Positions 13,889 to 37,950 of a stretch of 64,000 bases of DNA are shown here, piece after piece. Position 1 is the first letter of the stretch. Every line of letters starts with the position of its first letter. Source of the DNA: Amoebidium appalachense (lineage: Eukaryota; Protista; Ichthyosporea); contig CAVNZM010000011.1 of NCBI GenBank assembly GCA_963693365.1, positions 3,267,098 through 3,331,097 of the forward strand, read 5' to 3'. The notes below the pieces were generated by a model. The model was given only the letters and a program-made list of their open reading frames with translations. It searched no databases and was not told the DNA's origin. The position numbers were made by a program, and so were the translations under genes.

Positions 13889-16028
13889 CACCAACCCACG
13901 AATGTGCCACACACACACACACACGCACACACTCACTCTCTCTCACTCACTCACACACACACTCTCTCTCCCCTCCCCCTCGCCCACCTTCTCCCTCTCT
14001 CGTGCACACCCACTAGAGTTCAAGCTCGTGGATGTTCCTGAGATGGACTACCGCACCACCGACAACCCCCCACGGGGTGAGGTGTGGATCCGAGGCACCA
14101 ATGTGTTCCAGGGATACTACAAGGATGCAGAGAAGACAAGGGCAGACCTGGATGAGGAGGGGTGGTTCCACACGGTGAGTGCAAAACACTGGTGTGTTAG
14201 GTTTAAATTATTGATGGGTTAGGATTTGCTAGGGTAATAAGCCGTTAGGGTTTGTTAGATAAATAAGCCGTTAGGGTTTGTTAGATCAATAAACCATTAG
14301 GGTTTGTTAGATTAAAAGCCATTAGGGTTTGTTAGGGTTAATGTGCCGCTGACCTAAAGTATTTTTGGTATGAAGAATGAAAGGCAGCAACTTGAGTTGG
14401 TTTTACTCAATGAGGTGGGGTTTTTTAGGGTTAATGTTTCACTAGGGTTTGTTAGGGTGAATATGCCGCTATTGTTTGTTAGGGTTATTGTGCCGCTAGG
14501 GTTTGTTAGGGTTAATGTGCTGCTAGGGTTTGTCAGGGTTAATGTGCCGCTAGGGTTTGTTAGGGTTAATGTGCCGCTAGGGTTTGTTAGGGTTAATGTG
14601 CCGCTAGGGTTTGTTAGGGTTAATGTGCCGCTAGGGTTTGTTAGGGTTAATGTGCCGCTAGGGTTTGTTAGGGTTAATGTGCCGCTAGGGTTTGTTAGGG
14701 TTAATGTGCCGCTAGGGTTTGTTAGGGTTAATAAGGGTTAGGGTTTGTTAGGGTTAATAAGGGTTAGGGTTTGTTAGGGTTACTGTGCTGCTAGGGTTTG
14801 TTAGGGTTTAGGGTTGATAAGCTGTGTGAGTTGATTGATTTTGTTGTTAGGATGGATACCAGTTACGGGGTATCAGGTTTGTCAGGGGTTAGGAGTTGTT
14901 AAGGTTTGTAAGTGTGGATAGCTTTTAGGACATGTCAGAGGTTAGGAGTTATCACTGGGTTATTGTTTTTTAGGAAGAGGAGTTGTAGGATTTGTTAGAA
15001 TAATAAAGCTGTTAGCGTTTGGTTAGGGTTTAATAGGGTTAAAGAGTTTTGTTTGTTTGTTAGGCTGAATAGTTACAGTTTGTTAGGGTTAGTTAGGGTT
15101 AGGGTCGGGTTAGATTTAGGCGTTGTTAGGGTTTATGAGTGTTGGGTTTAGGGTTTGTTAGGGAGGGTTCATAAGCTTTTGCGGTTTGCTAGGGTTGGTT
15201 GGGGGTAGAATTGTAACCGTTTGCTCGTGTGAATAAGCTGTTAGGTTTTGTTAGGGTTTTTTTAAGGTTAGGAGTAGTTCGGGTTTTTACGGTGTAGGAG
15301 TTGTTGGGGTTTTTGAGGGTTAGGGGGTGCCAGAAATAGGGGTTTGTCGGGATCGGGGTTGTTAGGGCTAAGGTTTGTTCGGGTTAAGAAGCTATTAGTG
15401 TGTGTAGGTCTTAAAAACCCCAGGGTCAGGGGCTTTTAAGGTTATGGGTTGTAGGGTTTTCACGCCCAGGCTTTGCTCGGGTTAGGGTTTGAGGATTAGT
15501 TTGTCAGCTGCTCACTTCATTGATCTTTGTTCAGGGAGACGTGGGACGGTGGAATGACGATGGGTCGCTTTCGATCATCGACAGAAAGGTACAGTGTGCA
15601 CCTGCTGTATTCGGTTTTCTTTCTCTCCCTTTTTTGGGGTTGTTGGTGGTGGGGGTGGGGGAAGGGGGGGGGGGGGGGAGGAGGAGGAGGAGGTGAGGGA
15701 GGGCTGGCTGGCTTGATCTTTGGGCATTTGAGGTCATGTACGAGACCACCACAGGCACATACCATCCACATAGAGTGCCGGTGGTGGCATGCAGGACACA
15801 CCATCCCCCCCATGAGGTACACGTAGGTGAGCCTCTGGCACGTACAAGCCAACACTTCCATGACCACACACACATGTGATGCACAACCAACACACAGGCA
15901 GCACAAATGCGGACAGACACATACACACAGGAAATTAGTCCCCCTCCCTCTTCTCCCCCTCTCCCTTATCCGCTGGCCTCCATCCACCATGGTTCCCACA
16001 AGCACACCATGCACATAAGGGCACACAC

Positions 16029-16102
<74 letters not shown>

Positions 16103-16486
16103 CACACACACAACCGTGTATATTGACTCGTTACCACCCTGTTCAAAATTGGTCTATGACCACACCTAACACGTTGTCTGTGTGCAGAAAAATATCTTCA
16201 AGCTGGCTCAAGGCGAATACATTGCGTATGTATCCATTCTTCCCCTTTGATCACCCTCCCCCCTCCCCTTTTACACCCCCCCTCACCCATCCACCCACCC
16301 ACATCTACCCACCCAACTTATGCCCGTTCGCCTCCCGTCTTCACTCGTGCATGTACAGACACGGTTTGCCCTGGCCTTTCTAATGTGATCCCCCCCCGCC
16401 GGCACTCTCCCACTCTCTGCTTCAACGCTCACCCCCAAACATACCCCCCCCCCCCCCCCCCCCCCCCCCCACCACACACACACACA

Positions 16487-16543
<57 letters not shown>

Positions 16544-17353
16544 CCCCTCGTCCTTTTCCCAAAAAACTAGCAAATCTTTGCTGAGCGCCCAGACACAACT
16601 AGAGTGTACGATTTCTCGCACCACCATTAAGATTTCTACAATTGTAATGTGTGGGCACCATTCCTTACCCACTCGTATGAATATCTGATGGGGTTTATGT
16701 TATCCCCAGAGCCGAACAGCTCGAGATGATTTACGCATCTGCCCCGCATGTGGCCCAAGTCTATGTGTACGGGGATAGCCTAAAAACATTTCTTCTGGCC
16801 GTGGTGGTGCCCGATCAGGAACAGCTCATGCCCTGGGCCCAGTATGTGCATTTCTCTAAATACCCTCCCTTCCCCCCCCCCCCCCCCCCCCCCCCCCCTC
16901 CCCCCCCCCCCTCCCCCTCCTCCCCACTCCCTTTTCTCCCCCCCTTTCCCTCCCCTCCCCAAACACACGCACACACACCACCACCACCACCATCACCTAC
17001 GCAACCACCCCAATTCTCTTTCCCCTCCAACCTGACCCCTTCCGATCCGGTGCCACAAAGAAGATTCGTCGCAATATGTGCACACCTATGTCCAGTTGGA
17101 ACACAAATCAAAAATGGAAAAGAGAGAATTGGCCGGTATTATTGGTGTTGCACGGTGCAGTGTTGTCGTTAAGCAACAATTCAAGTTGCGGAGATGTGTG
17201 TGAGAGAGACGGGTGTTGAGTTGTGGTAAGCGAGGGTTTTGCATGAATATGGAGGGATCATTTCTGAGCGTAGGTAATAGGTTAGGGTGAGGGTAGGAGC
17301 GGAACACACAAAACCACACTCACTCACGTGCTCACTCACTCACTCGAAAGCGT

Positions 17354-17409
<56 letters not shown>

Positions 17410-17474
17410 ACACACACACTCACACACACTCACACACTCATGCACGCACACGCGCGCGCACACAGACACACACA

Positions 17475-17544
<70 letters not shown>

Positions 17545-18148
17545 GAGAAGGGCATCACTGGGGACTTCAGGGAGGTGTGTGCCCACCCTGAGGTCAAGAC
17601 GTTGCTGATGGCAGAGATGAATGCTGAGGCCAAAAAGGCAAAGGTGTGTATGTGTGTGTATGTGTGGGCGGGCGGGCGGGCGGGCGGGCGGGCGGGTGGG
17701 CGTGTGTGGGTGTGTGTGGGTGCGGGCGGGCGTGCTTGCATGCATACCTGCGTGTGTAGCGGTGGAGAGGATGGATGCAGGGGGGGCTGATTGATAGACG
17801 GGAGAGAATTGAGTAGCTAAAAGCTTCTATTAGAATCCGGAGGGAGGGGGGGTTTGGGGGGGGGGGGGGGGGGGGATGGAGGGAGAGATGCTTTTGTGTT
17901 GTCATGTTCAAGGTTAGCTATATTGTACAGTCCTGTAGTGACCCATGCTGTATCATTGCGTTTCCATAATCGTTCTAAAATTACAGTCTATGTGGCTGCT
18001 ATTCTTGCTCGGGCTGAACCATGCACGTATCCATACGGCTACGTGATAGTACACCCTCCAGAAGAAGAACACCAGTATGCCCCTTATAAGCACATGCAGA
18101 AACCTTAGTCACACAAAAGCATAACATTCAAATATGTCCAACAATATT

Positions 18149-18182
<34 letters not shown>

Positions 18183-18698
18183 AGTCTTCCTACTCATCAA
18201 CCCCGACCTCACCCCATTGCAGCTTAAGGGCTTCGAGTACGTTAAGGGGATTGTGGTCTATGGGGAACTGTTCTCCGTAGAGAACAACCTCCTGACGCCC
18301 ACGTTTAAGATTAAGCGCCCTGCGGCCGTAAAGGTGTGTATGAATGTTGTATGTTGACCACACCTTTCTTTGTCGGTTTCCCTCCTCTCCTCATTCATGT
18401 GCTATTGATTGTTCTTGGATTGTTGATGCATTTTTGTGTGGTTTTCCTACTCCCGCATGGGCCAACATACGTTCGTCTGCTTGTGCATGTGTTGCGTTGT
18501 TGGGAATGCATTTGCCACGTCGACTGTACCGGACATTTAGCATGTTTGTGGACTCACGTACACATGCACATTCTCACATCTGTTCCTTCTCCCACACTCT
18601 CCCACACACACACACGCCCGTGTGCCTGTGAACACACAACACACATGCGCACACGCACATGCACGCGCACGCGCATGCACACGCGCGCGTGCGCGCGC

Positions 18699-18789
<91 letters not shown>

Positions 18790-18850
18790 CTTCAAGGAGC
18801 AGTTCAACCAACTGTACGAGGAAGTCGAAAAGTCAATGGCAGAGAAGTAA
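3085..18850 (+). CDS. ACSL: long-chain fatty acyl-CoA synthetase (ACSL/LACS family), 20 exons, 673 aa
   Basis: Exons 3085-3103, 4349-4480, 5327-5381, 6176-6267, 6757-6845, 7753-7831, 8323-8399, 9035-9169, 9759-9893, 10654-10782, 11109-11198, 12034-12248, 13147-13265, 14017-14174, 15535-15588, 16188-16225, 16710-16841, 17544-17643, 18223-18333, 18788-18850. All introns are GT-AG and phases are consistent (2022 nt). Motifs: [70 protein letters not shown]. The first exon (MGNILS) is the least certain. Confidence 0.95.
3218..3370. repeat. ~21-bp degenerate minisatellite in ACSL intron 1
   Basis: Several copies of an aagcacacactgtaaagctta-like unit. Confidence 0.75.
11490..11818. repeat. ~170-bp tandem duplication in ACSL intron 11
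   Basis: cgcacgagtcaaacctacttatatccc...attgcatttccatccacc occurs twice, near-identical. Confidence 0.85.
14195..15490 (+). repeat. TTAGGG-containing minisatellite filling ACSL intron 14
   Basis: About 10 copies of the 27-bp unit GTTAGGGTTAATGTGCCGCTAGGGTTT at ~14440-14730, flanked by degenerate TTAGGG/TAGGGTTT sequence. Confidence 0.9.
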
Positions 18851-18925
18851 TTGGATGGCCAGACAGATACTGGTCTCACATTTTTATTACCCCCCCCCCC
18901 CCCTTCCCCCCCCCCCCCCCCCCCC

Positions 18926-19064
18926 ACTCGGGTACTGTGGATGACGTGGGCCCCCCCCTGAGGATGGGCTCTGCTTATTATGCATACTCTGTATGTATGG
19001 CTTGCATTCTGCATCGTGTTATCCGTTTGTTCTTGTGTACTTCGTACTTTTTGACGCATTCAAA
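18926..19064 (+). mobile_element. poly-C-associated dispersed element, 5'-truncated copy in the probable ACSL 3' UTR
   Basis: actcgggtactgtggatgacgtggg...ttttgacgcattcaaa is near-identical to the copies at 32301, 44113, 56931 and 62234. Poly-C on both sides. Confidence 0.85.
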
Positions 19065-19494
19065 CCCCCCCCCCCCTCCCCCCCCCCCCCCCCCACCCCC
19101 AAAAAAATAAAAATAAAATAAAAAGGCAACTGATCATGAGTGGGTGAACACATGCTGATCTTGGTTTCAGTTCTCTGCTGACTGCCTCTTTTTCTTTTTG
19201 TCTTTTTTTTTTTTTTTTTTTTTTTTGTGGACTTCAATTAATATTTTTTGAACTGCCTTTCCTGTGGGGTCCCGAGTTTCTTATCCCCTGGTGAACGCCA
19301 CCAGACATGCACATAGAATCTCTATTTTGCCAAAGCGATTGCCACAGAATACTCCCCATATATTTGCCATTTTTTCTCTTCCGCTGTACAGGTGTCTGTG
19401 TGAGTCTGGTTGAATGCTTGGCTAACGATTGGTGTCCTATTTACTTGGCGTAGAAGTAAGGTGGTGGTGTGGAAAGACAGGTAGAATTGTGGTC

Positions 19495-19595
19495 AAATTA
19501 TTAGGAAAATGTAGTAGAGTGGTGGTAAATTATTAGAAAAATGTAGTAGAGTGGTGGTAAAGTTATTAGGAAAATATAGGAGAGTGGTGGTCAAA
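19495..19595. repeat. ~32-bp tandem repeat x3
   Basis: Unit aaattattaggaaaatgtagtagagtggtggt. Confidence 0.8.
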
Positions 19596-19971
19596 ATTTT
19601 AAGTATAAACGGTAGGTCTCTGCTCCAGATGTAGCCGAAATATTAGCTGGTGCCGTGATGGTATCGAATATACCACATGCTCTGGTTGAATACGAATGTA
19701 CGTACTGAGAAATAAATGTTTAGCTGCTGACGGGCAGGCAGTGATTTAATATATCATAGTATCTTGCTCACCCGTGGGTGGACTTTGGAACATGTTACTT
19801 GGAATCTCGTGTGTATATGTATACTGGAATGCTGTTTCAGTTGCACTGTGCGTGTCGTTGAAACTTGACAAATTTAAACTGAACAGACAGAAGGAGGCTG
19901 TGGGTGGTGCAAAGGCGAAGTTGGTGTGTGAATTGTCGGGAGAAAGGGGTTTGCAACCCGGGGAGACGGGT

Positions 19972-20029
<58 letters not shown>

Positions 20030-20494
20030 TGCACGTAATATACCAAAGTAGCGAATTTCGAATCGCACGTGTGCAATTGCAATCCCCCCCCCCCCCCCAC
20101 CACCACCAAACATGTACATTACAACTACCGGCCACACGCCCACACACATCGATCACGTGCGTGTACGTGTGCCTGACGCACATATGCATATACACTCGGA
20201 AGTTCTCTCTCTCTCTCTCTCACGAATGTGTACATACACACTGCGTCTCTCTCCCTTCCCCTCCCCCCTTCCCCCCTCGCCTCCCCTTCCACCACCCCCT
20301 GAAAACCGAGAAACTTCGTTCCAAATATGATGCCTATAGTATTTCACGCGTCCACAATTAAATATTACCTATCCAATTGCAACATCATAGCCCCCCGGAA
20401 CAGACACCACCAGCTGCTCCAGGACAACCCGACACGATCGCGAGCTCACACTATCTCGACGTTTGGGCCTTTCACACAAGCAACGTTAACACGG

Positions 20495-20529
<35 letters not shown>

Positions 20530-21161
20530 GTACCCCACGTAGTCTGTATTCATGGAGGCATAGATAGCACTCCCCGACACACAGTGAAGGGGACTGCAAA
20601 GCCTATCCCACTAGTGTTACACGCTATACAGTGTACAACGAAGAGGAAGGGTGATATGGTGCTCTGTGATATGTCCAACACATTGACCTCACATCGCGAG
20701 AACTTTCAGTAGGGCCATTCCCTGGAGTTCTTTTCATCTCTCCTCTACGTATACTCTACTTCTATTCGAAGCTTGTGTCAGGATATAACATTGAATGATT
20801 TAATTCCACTCCTATGATAACAATGAATAATACCATTCAATTATACTCCTATATTTACATTGAATGATTATAATGCTGCCAGGCTAGGTAGAATGACGGT
20901 CTACGTTAAAGATCATATGCGGAACCATAGTGTTTGGCAATGTGTGTGTAAACCTTTACAAAACCGTACTCAAAACGTGTGTTGAACGACATTTGTATGT
21001 ATGATACATGGTGGAGTAATGAATCTCCACTTGAACACATCAAGTAAAGTGCCACAACCGATACTACAGAACTTTTTAAACAACACCACGCAATACCTGC
21101 AAATTCTTCCAAAGTATCATATAAGTCAACAACTCAAGTACATATACATTAGCATGATGCA

Positions 21162-27817
<6,656 letters not shown>

Positions 27818-28713
27818 GTTCTTCACACAAAAAGGAAGACAACCCTTTAAGATGGTAATAATACTCTAAGGTAAACGTCAAGTTATGACGAGCGTTCAGC
27901 CTGGTGGCGCCGCCTTTCCTTTGTTCGAATTCAGTCAACTTGTACCGACAAATTAGTGCCATGATTACAAACGGATAATGTTCTTGGGTCAAAGATACTC
28001 AAAAATGTTAAACTTTAAAGACCAATCAGTTTAATAGAACGTAGTTCTAGTCCCATCTACAACTTGTTGTTTCGCCGCAATGATTGCATAACTCCCTCCT
28101 TTTCTCACTTCCCTCCACTCTCGGAACACAAGGGCAAGCCTTTGTATGTAGCCTGTACGGCCCGGCCCTCCGGGCCGGCCTTATACACCGCGTCATTGTA
28201 GTGAAAAACGAAGAAGAAGAGAAAGAAAAATTATGAAAAGAAAACAAAGAAGAAAAGAGAAAAAAGGGGGGATATAGAAATACTGAGAATGAAAACCAAA
28301 AAAAACGTAGTGTACAGGGTATGCAAATATGGTGTGACGACCCCAAATACATATATCGTGCATGACCTGACCTTATTCACAATGGGCGGTATACCCATGA
28401 CCATTTCCAGGGGGAGGCGTTGTTTATTTTCATACTGATCATGAGGCTGCTGCGCGCTTGACACTCAGCACATCATTTGCATGCCCAAACAACACACACA
28501 CACACCAGTTTAACGGTCATGTATCGCCAAATGTAGTTTGATAGCCTACATAATACCGCAACACACACACGTCACATTCACAACAGACACCCAGAAAGAT
28601 AGCCTACCTGTAAATTACAACATCCTTGATTTTATACTAAACACGCGTAACTACGACCTGTTTATTAGATGTATTGATTGGCTTGAGAAACACATCACTA
28701 CAAAATTCTAGCG

Positions 28714-28788
<75 letters not shown>

Positions 28789-28819
28789 CAGCTGATACCG
28801 AGTGTCCCAGGGGAGCCCC

Positions 28820-28850
<31 letters not shown>

Positions 28851-29079
28851 AACGGGGAACCCCAACTAATTGATTTCTCTTTGTAGTCTTTATGGTGTCT
28901 CGTAGAGAAAGTAAACCCTGATATATAGTCATCACCCGACATCTATGTACGTCATCATGATATACCGCTGAGGGGATATTCCGAGCAAAAACCCCCCATA
29001 CCTGAGACTGGTTTCTCTTTGCCTCGACGTAAACAACGTAAACCCCTTATACATCTACTCAGGCGGGGAGCTAGTTTCA

Positions 29080-29294
29080 CTACCATCTACTGAGGCGGTG
29101 TCTCCTTTCTTTCTTTTTTTTTTTTTTTTTTTTTTTTTTACTTAAAAGGGACCTGAGTAGATGAGTAGTATAACGTCGCACGTGCGGCAACACGTCAGAA
29201 CGTGTTAGCTAGTTTCAGGCCTAACACGTACTGCAAAAAAAAAAAAAAAAAAAAAAAAAAAAGAAAAGGAAGACACCGCCTCAGTAGGTGGTAG
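29080..29294. mobile_element. MITE-like element with ~60-bp terminal inverted repeats and a 6-bp target-site duplication GTTTCA
   Basis: The left end ctaccatctactgaggcggtgtctcctttc(T)n matches the reverse complement of the right end, ctaccacctactgaggcggtgtcttccttttc(T)n. gtttca lies directly outside both ends (29074-29079, 29295-29300). Confidence 0.75.
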
Positions 29295-29680
29295 GTTTCA
29301 GGCATAGGCTATATGTGGGACTAGCTTTGAACATCTGACTTGCCAAACAGCAAACAACCAAGACCAGCTGTATTTTCTCAGCTACCCCAAGTTTTGTCAT
29401 CTCCTCCCTGTTGTTTGCCCTCCAAGCTCAGGGCTATATAATCCATGCTCTCTAGCTTTAGTCGTTCTACATACAAATCTCTTTTAAAAAGCAGGCGAGA
29501 GAGTGCTTATGAGCGCCATCATTTTTGTACCTTTTAAAGGAACTCTTTCAAGAACTTTCATTTTTTTTTTTTTTAGCTGGCTCACACCCGTGACGTAAGA
29601 GGTTTTCTTTTTCAGTTGGTAAATTATAGAATCCAAACCAAAAAGAAACCAGTTGGACCTGTGGGTCTCTCTGGTCCACC

Positions 29681-34749
<5,069 letters not shown>

Positions 34750-35382
34750 TTCATTTTTTTTATAAGTTAACAGCATAACAATTAATTCCTTTTACCGTCA
34801 TTTCGATTGAGTAATACCAAAATTTACCTCACGAATGAAAATCTGCCACAATGGGCTTGTGTAGTGATTTGCATCCGACGTGGGATCTAGGTAGAAGTCC
34901 AGCTGATGTGTTAGTCTGACTGGATCAAGTGCTCAACATGTTGTGAATGTGTTGTTTTTTGTAGACCATTAGTTTTAGGTGGTATCCAAGTTGAACGAGG
35001 GCGGAAAGAAGCAATATTATGAGTGGAAGCGTATTGGAAACGTCTGGATTAGTCAGTCATCAATAGTTTTAGGTCTTACCCCAATGTTTCTTCTCGTATT
35101 TATCGATCTCGAATTACCCCCTTCATGTTGCACGGTGATTTCCTCAGCCTGCAAAGAAGTACATAAACAAAGTAGAACTGTGAGCCAAATGTGACCTTGT
35201 GTTGTGGATGGAACCGCTGTTGGAAGATCATAAGAAATGAAAACACGGCCAGATTGTGCGAGGTGGGTGTAATCATGCGTACACGTCATTATTGATCATT
35301 ATGTACATCGAAGAGTATTGGGTAGCTGCTGTACTATGTACCCCCTACTCTTCAAATCAACGTGGGATTCCCCCCGCCCCCC

Positions 35383-35435
<53 letters not shown>

Positions 35436-36779
35436 TTTTTTTTTTTTTTTGGGGGGGGGGGGTCGGCCGGGGTTCTAAAACCTCACAGAAAGAGGATTGG
35501 GAGGAGGGAAACGGGTAACAACGGGGTGGCTATGGGGGAAGGCCATTGCAATGTTACGAGGAAGGAGGGATCGAGTTGACCTAATTACGCTTTTTCATTA
35601 GTAAACCGCGGTTCACGTATTATTAAAAGTTGTTATAAATATCATAGGTTTTATAGCAACACCCTACTTGTTGGGGGTCTTTTAGCAAGAACGCGATTGA
35701 AAAAAAATTCTTTTGACTCGGTTTTATTGATCCGTTGATGAAGGCAATGTGCAGCCACAGGCTACATAACCACCAATAGAACTGAAAAAGCCAAAGCTAC
35801 GAAATAAAAATAAAGCGACAAGTGACAAAGGACACCAGCAGGCAAAACCTTAAGTGTACGTGTACATATGCGTGAAACTAGTTTGCTCCAACTAGTCATA
35901 TGCACCGATGTTGACCAGACCACACTCCGCAAGAAGACATCATTACTGCTGCTTCCCAACAGGCCCCCCTCAAAACCTACCGAGGCACAGCAAGCAAGTC
36001 AGCCTCTAAAAGAGCAATGCAGACCAAATCTGAGCTAAAAAACAATCCCAACGGGCCCCGCACCTAGATAACCCGGAGAAACTGCATCTAGCTCTCTGAT
36101 AAGGTGGCCTAGTTGTGGCAGGACACACAGAAACACACAATTACAGAATGCATGCAAGCAAACCCGGTCATTGCCATACGAATGGAGGCTAAGGACTGGC
36201 AGTCACTTGGAAAGCTCCCCGACGACCAAGTAGCCGCCCCTCCACTCACGCAGCGCAGAAGTAGCTGAAGAAGTTGCAGCAGCCCACCGCCAATAGGTCG
36301 CGTAGAAGCGTAGACAGCGTGTGGAAGTTACCATAGGTTGCAGTGGACCACCAGGCGTTGAAGAAACCACTTTTCAAGCGAGAAACTCCGCGAAAGGGAG
36401 ATGCCCCCACACTCTCACAGCAGTAGGAATACACCAGGCCACACCACACACACGCTGCAGTCACGTTCCCCTGAGTGGGACTCCCTCCCACCACAAAAAG
36501 AAGAAACGAAATTTCAGCCTTTATATACCTGCCATGGTGAAGAATCGGGAAAAAAAAGTTGACGTGACAGCTAAGAGATCAAAGTGAAAGTGAAGTCAAG
36601 AAAACCTCAAATTTTGCTCTAGAAGACGTGTTTTGACGTCTTCCGGTCCAGGGAGATAAGGTCTCACCGTGGTCACATGAAGGTGCTAAACAATGCGTGT
36701 TGCTCAACCACTCCTGTATGACATTCTTCACCGTGCCCGTGGGGCCGGGGTTACCTCAACCCATTCTGTGCACGCGACT

Positions 36780-36850
<71 letters not shown>

Positions 36851-37147
36851 GCACGCACACACACGCACACACACACACGAACGCATGCATGCATGCACGC
36901 ATGCACGCACACAAGCACACAGGCACATGTACACGCGCGCCGCGTGACGCGCGCACACGAACACAGGCCTAGGCACACGTACACACACACGTACACACAC
37001 ACAAGCACACACACATGCACGCACAATAACGCGCACACACAGGCTAGCATGAAAAAGGTGTTTTATTGGATGCTATCTATTATGCATCACACGATAACCC
37101 CCCCCCCCCCCTCCCCCCTCCAAGGCTCCCTCCCTCCCCCCCCCCCC

Positions 37148-37178
<31 letters not shown>

Positions 37179-37714
37179 ACACCCCCCGCAACCTCATTAA
37201 AAAAATTTAAATTTCTTTTAGACTTTCAGGTTGGGTCGGGTCCGAGGGGTTTCTAGCTTTATGGGTGGCTTGCTGCGCATCAGTTGCGCACCATCGTTTG
37301 GCCGGCAGCAAGGCACAGATGCGCCATAAAATAACAAAGAAGAAAAAGACAAGGCCAACAAAATTAAACACAGAATGAAACAATAATAATAAAGCGTTAC
37401 AAAGAAGATTGCAGTATGTATCATGATTTATATGCTAAACAATGGCTTGATCCGGATGTGCTGGAATGGGGACCATTAATCGGCCTAAAAGAAACCCCCT
37501 TTAGTTAAAATAATGTGTGCTTCTGCTGCGCTCAATAACGCACATAGGTTAGGGCTCGTGGCATGCGTTTGCAACTGTCTGACTGTGCATGCACTGATCA
37601 GTGTGTCGCACAAAGTGACACATGCGCGTGCACGTACAGTGTACGTGGTGCACGTGTACGTGTACACGTGCGCATGTTCCGATTTCGAACGTTATAGATC
37701 TTTTGACAACACAA

Positions 37715-37950
37715 TTCAGATTGGCTCAAAATTGGTGTGTGATGCGATTGGTCAGCTAATACTCACGAGTCTCACGTATACATTCCACGTGTTTCTATTC
37801 GACGATGTGAGCCAATCATTTTAAGCTAGTGATAAATATGGCACATATCTACATCCGTCATCACGGCCACTACCTTGATTGGTGATTTTATTCCAATCAG
37901 AAACACTTCTACCTTCACATGGACGTGATTGGCGGATTTATATAGTAGGA
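37715..37950. promoter_or_regulatory. cluster of seven CCAAT boxes followed by a TATA-like element, upstream of the kinase gene
   Basis: ATTGG/CCAAT at 37720, 37731, 37747, 37812, 37878, 37893 and 37928, then tttatatag at ~37937. CACGTG motifs lie just upstream. Confidence 0.45.

Noticed and set aside
14370-14741. ORF with RVNVPLGFV repeats
   Set aside because: It is the translation of the 27-bp intronic minisatellite.
14195-15490. True telomere or CRISPR array
   Set aside because: It lies inside an intron of an intact gene, and the units are contiguous with no unique spacers and no cas genes.
29078-29294. CACTA-family assignment for the TIR element
   Set aside because: CACTA appears at the left only by overlap with the TSD. 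The right end lacks TAGTG and the duplication is 6 bp, not 2-3 bp.
35760-36600. Decayed coding or transposon-like sequence
   Set aside because: The composition looks coding-like, but the frames are interrupted and no domain motif is recognisable.
37210-37430. Possible LINE 3' end on the minus strand
   Set aside because: Single occurrence, with no ORF remnant or TSD to support it.
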